Of a stretch of 64,000 bases of DNA, positions 55,955 to 64,000 are shown in pieces. The notes beneath the pieces are model-generated. The model was not told where the DNA came from and did no database searches. It saw only the letters and a program-made list of their open reading frames with translations. A program made the translations under genes and the position numbers. This stretch comes from Bugula neritina (Eukaryota; Animalia; Bryozoa), in assembly GCA_964035545.1 (NCBI GenBank), contig OZ037769.1, forward strand, positions 4,259,929-4,323,928. Reading direction: 5' to 3'. Position 1 is the first letter of the stretch. Every line of letters starts with the position of its first letter.

Positions 55955-58146
55955 TTAGTAATGAGAAGCAGGACAGCTGGATGGTATAACAGTTTTCTTG
56001 TAATCAAAGACTCGGTTATATTTGCAGACTTTAGGAAGAGCTTGGTTGATAAACAGGTCCCTGACCCCGGCAGCATATGTGCATCCTTTTTCAGCTTTCT
56101 TGAAACATTTGTCAGCTGTTTTTTTTCTGTGACTAAAAACAAAATGAGCATAAGCATAATTTAGAAATTTGTAGCAGCTATATCCTAAATTATTAACACC
56201 TATGCCAAAGATATAAATATCATACAGTAATTTGACAAGCAAATTTATGGAAGCAATAGAAACTATTATATTCTACTAAAACATTTTTAAATCAACATAA
56301 TATAGTTTTTACAGTATAGTATACAAGCTTCATGAAACTAAATTTAAGAATCAGCCATGGTCTATAGGAGTTAGAGCGTTTGTCTAGTAAACACAAAGTC
56401 ATGGGTTCGAACCCTGGTAAATGCCATTGGTGATGTTAGGAAGAGCATCCAGTCATAGTTGCTCTTGTGTCACATATGAGTAAGCGCTTAGCTTGCTTTA
56501 AAATATTCTTTCTCATCAGGGGTTTTTGCAGGAGTAGTGAATATAAACTTAAATATCAACTTTTTTAAAAAATACAATGATTGTAAATACGATACGAATT
56601 TGCATAGGACATGCTTGCGTTAATATAGGTGTATATGCTATCTCAATCATCTATAATTTGAACTGCCAACTACAAATATAAAAATGCTTGAACTGCAAAA
56701 TTCATAGAACATATTTTTGTTTGTAAAATGCTAAGATAAGTTCTTTTACTAAAAGTTTCCAAGAATAGAAGTTTTATGGTCATAATGACGAAAAAGTTGT
56801 TTATTGCATAAAAAGATTGTTTCTAATGAATAAAAAAAGGAAGTTATTTGAACGTGTTAAAGTCACTTAGCCCAGTTTGTTAAAATAGTTTTAAAGATGA
56901 CATAAAGCCAACTATAATATTAACTATGTTCTCACCCAAGTGGCATTATTAAGCATTACTTTAAAAAATATGCAAATGACTTACCAAAGGATTCTTTGTC
57001 CACTTGATTCAAACAACTTCTGAAGGCATGTTGGAAGTTGACCACATCCTAAAAAGTGGCAAATAAGATTATAAACTGTGCTTTTATTAACACTTTCCTT
57101 ATATACTCAAGCAATTTATGAATCAGTAGCACAATTTGAATTAAAAATGTATAGCAATTGTTTCTTACCATCTTGTGGAAGCTCAATGTTTGGGCAGTTT
57201 GGAGCAAAGAGTCTTACATAATGAACAGATTGTACCATCCTTTTGACAGGATCTTCCGCAACGCAATCACTGACAGCTTCGTTCAGGACATCTCTGGCTC
57301 TGAATTGAATAAGCATAACATGTAATTGTTATAACTGCAAGTTTTAATGTTTTGCGAAAATTCACTAAAACATAGAATTGCACGAAGGATATGAAATTAT
57401 TAAGCCATTTTACAAAGTAGGACATTTATTATTTTATGATTACTCACTCCAAGCATTTCTTCCGCTCCTTCGTCAAGACTAATTGTTTATACTCACAAAA
57501 TGAGTTGAAAAGTTTGTCTTCACATGCTACAAAATTATATTCAGCTGATTTAAAACATATTAAAGACAATATTAATTTGATTGCATAAAATATATTCTGA
57601 AAGCAGATTTGATGCTATAACAATTACCAACTGTTTAATAGTTGTTACACGTACAAAAAATCATAATAATATTATACGCAGATAAAAGAGAAATAAAATG
57701 TTTATATGATAGATTTTATCTGCTTCATACTTACAAGGCTTATTGTGAGTATTTCCATCGTCAGCTTTAACACTTCCTATATTTGCAAACAATGATACTA
57801 TTTCATTAAAGTTATAAAGCTTCAAATACTTAAATACTTCAATAATTGAAATATTCATACATTAAGCAGTAAAAGTATATTATGTAACGCAACCAGTAAG
57901 TTCAAATATATGTTATATAAAGCAGTTAGCATTTCTACTCACCAATAGCTAAGATAACAGCACATAATGCAATGGTAACTTTCACAGACGCTGCAAATAA
58001 CCGTAACATGTTATTATATATTATAGGAGTTTTCAAGATAATACACTTTGACATACATTGAGTAAACTGTCTTATTTAATTAAACAACACAAAAAAGAAG
58101 GTTAGCATCTAAAAAAATATTTTATCATTAGCATTTACCTACCCAT
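55955..58146 (-). CDS. 12-Cys secreted protein family, copy 5 (181 aa)
   Basis: Exons (minus): 58146-58143, 57990-57943, 57776-57735, 57526-57448, 57299-57169, 57048-56985, 56132-55955 = 546 nt, open. MASVKVTIALCAVILAIGSVKA|DDGNTHNKPSCEDKLFNSFC...ALPKVCKYNRVFDYKKTVIPSSCPASHY. Confidence 0.88.
56352..56551 (+). mobile_element. tRNA-Thr(AGT)-derived SINE in the last intron of copy 5
   Basis: GCGTTTGTCTAGTAAACA...GGGTTCGAACCC head resembling tRNA-Thr(AGT), followed by the shared SINE body. Confidence 0.8.
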
Positions 58147-58238
58147 TCTGTAAAACAGTGCAGATTGTAGGTTTCTTTGGTATGAATATAGCAATGTGCT
58201 TTGTGTAAAACTGTGAAAATTTTCAACCTATGTAGTCA

Positions 58239-58278
58239 CTTATATACAAAAAATTGTGTAATAAAATTGATATAATCT
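58239..58278 (-). promoter_or_regulatory. Copy 5 promoter: AGATTATATCAATTTTATTAC + TATATAAG
   Basis: Minus-strand motif at 58278-58258, TATA at 58246-58239. Confidence 0.7.
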
Positions 58279-58873
58279 TATATTAAGTAAATCTGTGGGT
58301 TGTATGTTGCAGTAAAAAACAGGAGTTCCTGATGATTATATGTATTGTTATTATAGCACATCCTATTGTATTCAAACTGCTAAGTCGTTAGAGAATAATC
58401 TGTTTCGCCGGTGAACATAAATATTGACACCTTCATATACTCAGCATATGAAAAGAGATGAGAAATTATCTACATTATACCAATTTATTCTAAAAATCAA
58501 AACAATTTTATACAAATACTGGATTTTTATGGTTGACAAAGTATAAGATGATAGGTAAGCTTAAATTAATTTATTTCCTGTCATAGTATATTCTCTGCAG
58601 CAAATAATATGTTATGAAAAAGTAGTTAAATTTATATTCGGTTACATCACATAGAAAGCTGCAAGTTAAGCAATCAAAATATTTCAAGATGTTGTGTGTA
58701 GCTTTTATATTCTGTAATAATAACAATATAATAACTCCACATTAATATTATTGCAAATATTATATGTATATACATATACATATGCTTGATTTAACAGTAA
58801 GTTATATTTTTAGCAGCAAAATTTATAATTTGCAACTGTATGCATTTGACAGCATCTGCATGTTTGCATAATG

Positions 58874-59070
<197 letters not shown>

Positions 59071-59920
59071 CCTGTGTGCGTGTATGTGTAAGCCAATTTG
59101 TCAAAAAACACTTTATTTTCAGGAAACCAACTTGGGTGCATTGTATTATGTTTCACATGTTTTATGAGAAAGTGTCAGTGATGAGCAACTGTCAAGGAAT
59201 TAGATTGCTACCAAGCGTGCTATAGGAAGAGATTATATTCTAGAATGATTTAGCAGTTTGAGTACAATAGGATGAACCATAGGCATAAAGTATTAAGAGA
59301 TTAGTCACTATAACAATACTTGTAATCATAAGGAATATACCTATGACGTTTTTGTTAATACATATACTATCCACAGCATTATTAAATGCCGGATTGTAGC
59401 TATTTTAACGCACAAGTTAAAAATACGTTTAATTACTCGGAATAAAAGTGAGCACAAGGAGATGGACATGTCTTAATACTTTGCTTTGAAGACAATTATA
59501 TTGTGATTAGTCACTGTTTCACTGTCATTCACCACCTGATGAAAATCGTACGTCATTAACCCAAGCTTTTATCATCCCTAAACCAGCCCGTAACCCCTCT
59601 ATATTTGACTTCTATACTGTCAACACCCGGACATTGCAATAAGGAACAACACCTACCTAGCTCGGTGGCAACATATATCATTTGCAATATAACTATAAAC
59701 TCCTATGATTTAATTCCTCATTTTACCTGCAGCTTTATTTTATAACTTATTTCCTTATTTTCTATTGTATTGTATTCTGACATAGGAGAACTTATTTCAA
59801 TATGACACAGGAACACCTTTCTGCCCCTGCAGTTTATTTTAATTCAATGGGAAGTTTCTTTACAATACAAGGTCACCAAGATTAACCTCCGATTATCCTC
59901 TAACTTATTTAATAATCTCG

Positions 59921-59969
59921 GATTATATCAATTTGATTACACAAATACATGTTTTGGTTGGTATATAAG
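59921..59969 (+). promoter_or_regulatory. Copy 6 promoter: GATTATATCAATTTGATTAC + TATATAAG
   Basis: Motif at 59921-59940, TATA at 59962-59969. Confidence 0.7.
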
Positions 59970-60062
59970 TGGATACTCAAGTTAAATATATTCACACTTC
60001 TTCAGATAATTGTATTGCTGGCCATCTTTTAGAATTTTATAACTTTTGCAATCTGATCGAGA

Positions 60063-62245
<2,183 letters not shown>

Positions 62246-62704
62246 ATACTTATACACTATCTCATATAATCAATGCACTTTGAACTAACATTGAAATATC
62301 TCTTTATACTAGACTATAACAGCATCTTATATTGAGAGATTTTCTAACTTAAACCTTGTTAAAACACACCTATTCCAACAAGTTTCAACAGTTTCAATTA
62401 TATTTTTGCTATAGCTTATGTAAATAAACCCAAATATAGTTCTATATATACACCTAACACTCCTTTGTAGTTGATGTTAACAACTATATAATTAAAGCAA
62501 TAGTTTAGTAACCTGGCATATTTAGTTTACTATAAGCATGATACATACTATATGTTGATAATCAGATAATTTTCAGTACAGAAACAAATTGCATTCATGC
62601 AGAGCCAGTTTGTAAATTTATAATACAATAAATAATTATAATAAGACAAAACAATTACCTATAATAAGGTTCCTTATTATACTAGGATAAATGGACAACT
62701 GCAT

Positions 62705-63230
<526 letters not shown>

Positions 63231-64000
63231 GTTTTGCTGTAATTCTGAGAATAAAAAAGTAGCATAGAAATGCAAAACTGTAAGTATTATATAGTCCTTA
63301 TTATTCACGTTTAGTTGAGAGCTTATAATGAAAACAAAGCTAATATCAACAAGATAAAAACGGTGACTTGCGTATTTGAAATCAGTAGTATGTTGACTTT
63401 GCAGTGATAAACACAATAACAATAAAGGTTAGTAATGAAGTATACTCGTATTTGACATGTTGACTGCTCAGCACGCATCAGGAAGTATGAGTTTGTTATT
63501 CTTATTATAAGAATGAAATGATTATAATCTCAAGTGGTAGCAGAAACTATATGTCATAACTGATTATGTATTATCTTAAATGTCGCAACTTAATCATGTT
63601 TCAATGACTTTGCTTTATTTTTGATTGGTTGATATTTATAGTTGGCAAAGAAAAGTCTAAGTAACAAGGAAAAGTATGTTGTCATACAGGGGCTAAAAAC
63701 ATGCTATCTTTTACATTGCTAAATGTCGGAAGCTGAGTGATATCTGATATGCCAGCTGTATATTCTCAAAGAATAAGGAAGTTTTACTTTATTATTGTTT
63801 TGCAAAGTCATGGAAATTAATCATTTTGTTTGACTAGCTACGCAGACTGATAATGGTTCCATGACAACAATAATGAATGCATTTCATGACTGCACAATCT
63901 CCATATATAAAGAGAAAATCTCAACATAAATTTCACAGTATTACTTTATTCCACTTGCAACATACACCTCAAAAAGAAAGATCATCTTAAAAATTCTAAA

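Noticed and set aside
56352-56425. Possible tRNA-Thr(AGT) gene
   Set aside because: The acceptor and D stems are degenerate and the sequence continues into a body shared with three other dispersed copies, so it is a SINE head.

Overview
AT-rich, intron-rich animal (invertebrate-like) genomic DNA; not prokaryotic, with no rRNA or CRISPR. Most ORF-track entries are single exons or microsatellite artefacts, so I rebuilt the genes by hand from GT/AG boundaries and reading phase. The window holds six paralogues of a ~180-aa secreted protein with 12 conserved cysteines that I cannot assign to a known family. Four lie in tandem at 1-12.7 kb (one partial, one frameshifted) and two form a head-to-head pair at 56-62 kb. 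All five visible promoters share a TATA box and an upstream GATTAYATCAATT motif. Between the two clusters are an amphiphysin/BIN1-like gene (-), an intronless SNAPC2-like CDS (+), a FET-family (cabeza/FUS/EWS/TAF15) RNA-binding gene (-) and a GH20 beta-hexosaminidase with a long, probably membrane-anchored N-terminal stem (-). Repeats include a hAT MITE with a perfect 8-bp TSD, other MITEs, tRNA-Thr-derived SINEs, a dead LINE fragment, a hammerhead-ribozyme-bearing insertion and many micro/minisatellites. Most notable: the 12-Cys family; kilobase-scale strand-symmetric degenerate (TNANWN)n islands at the 5' ends of the housekeeping genes; the intronic hammerhead; and minisatellites made of splice-signal sequences.
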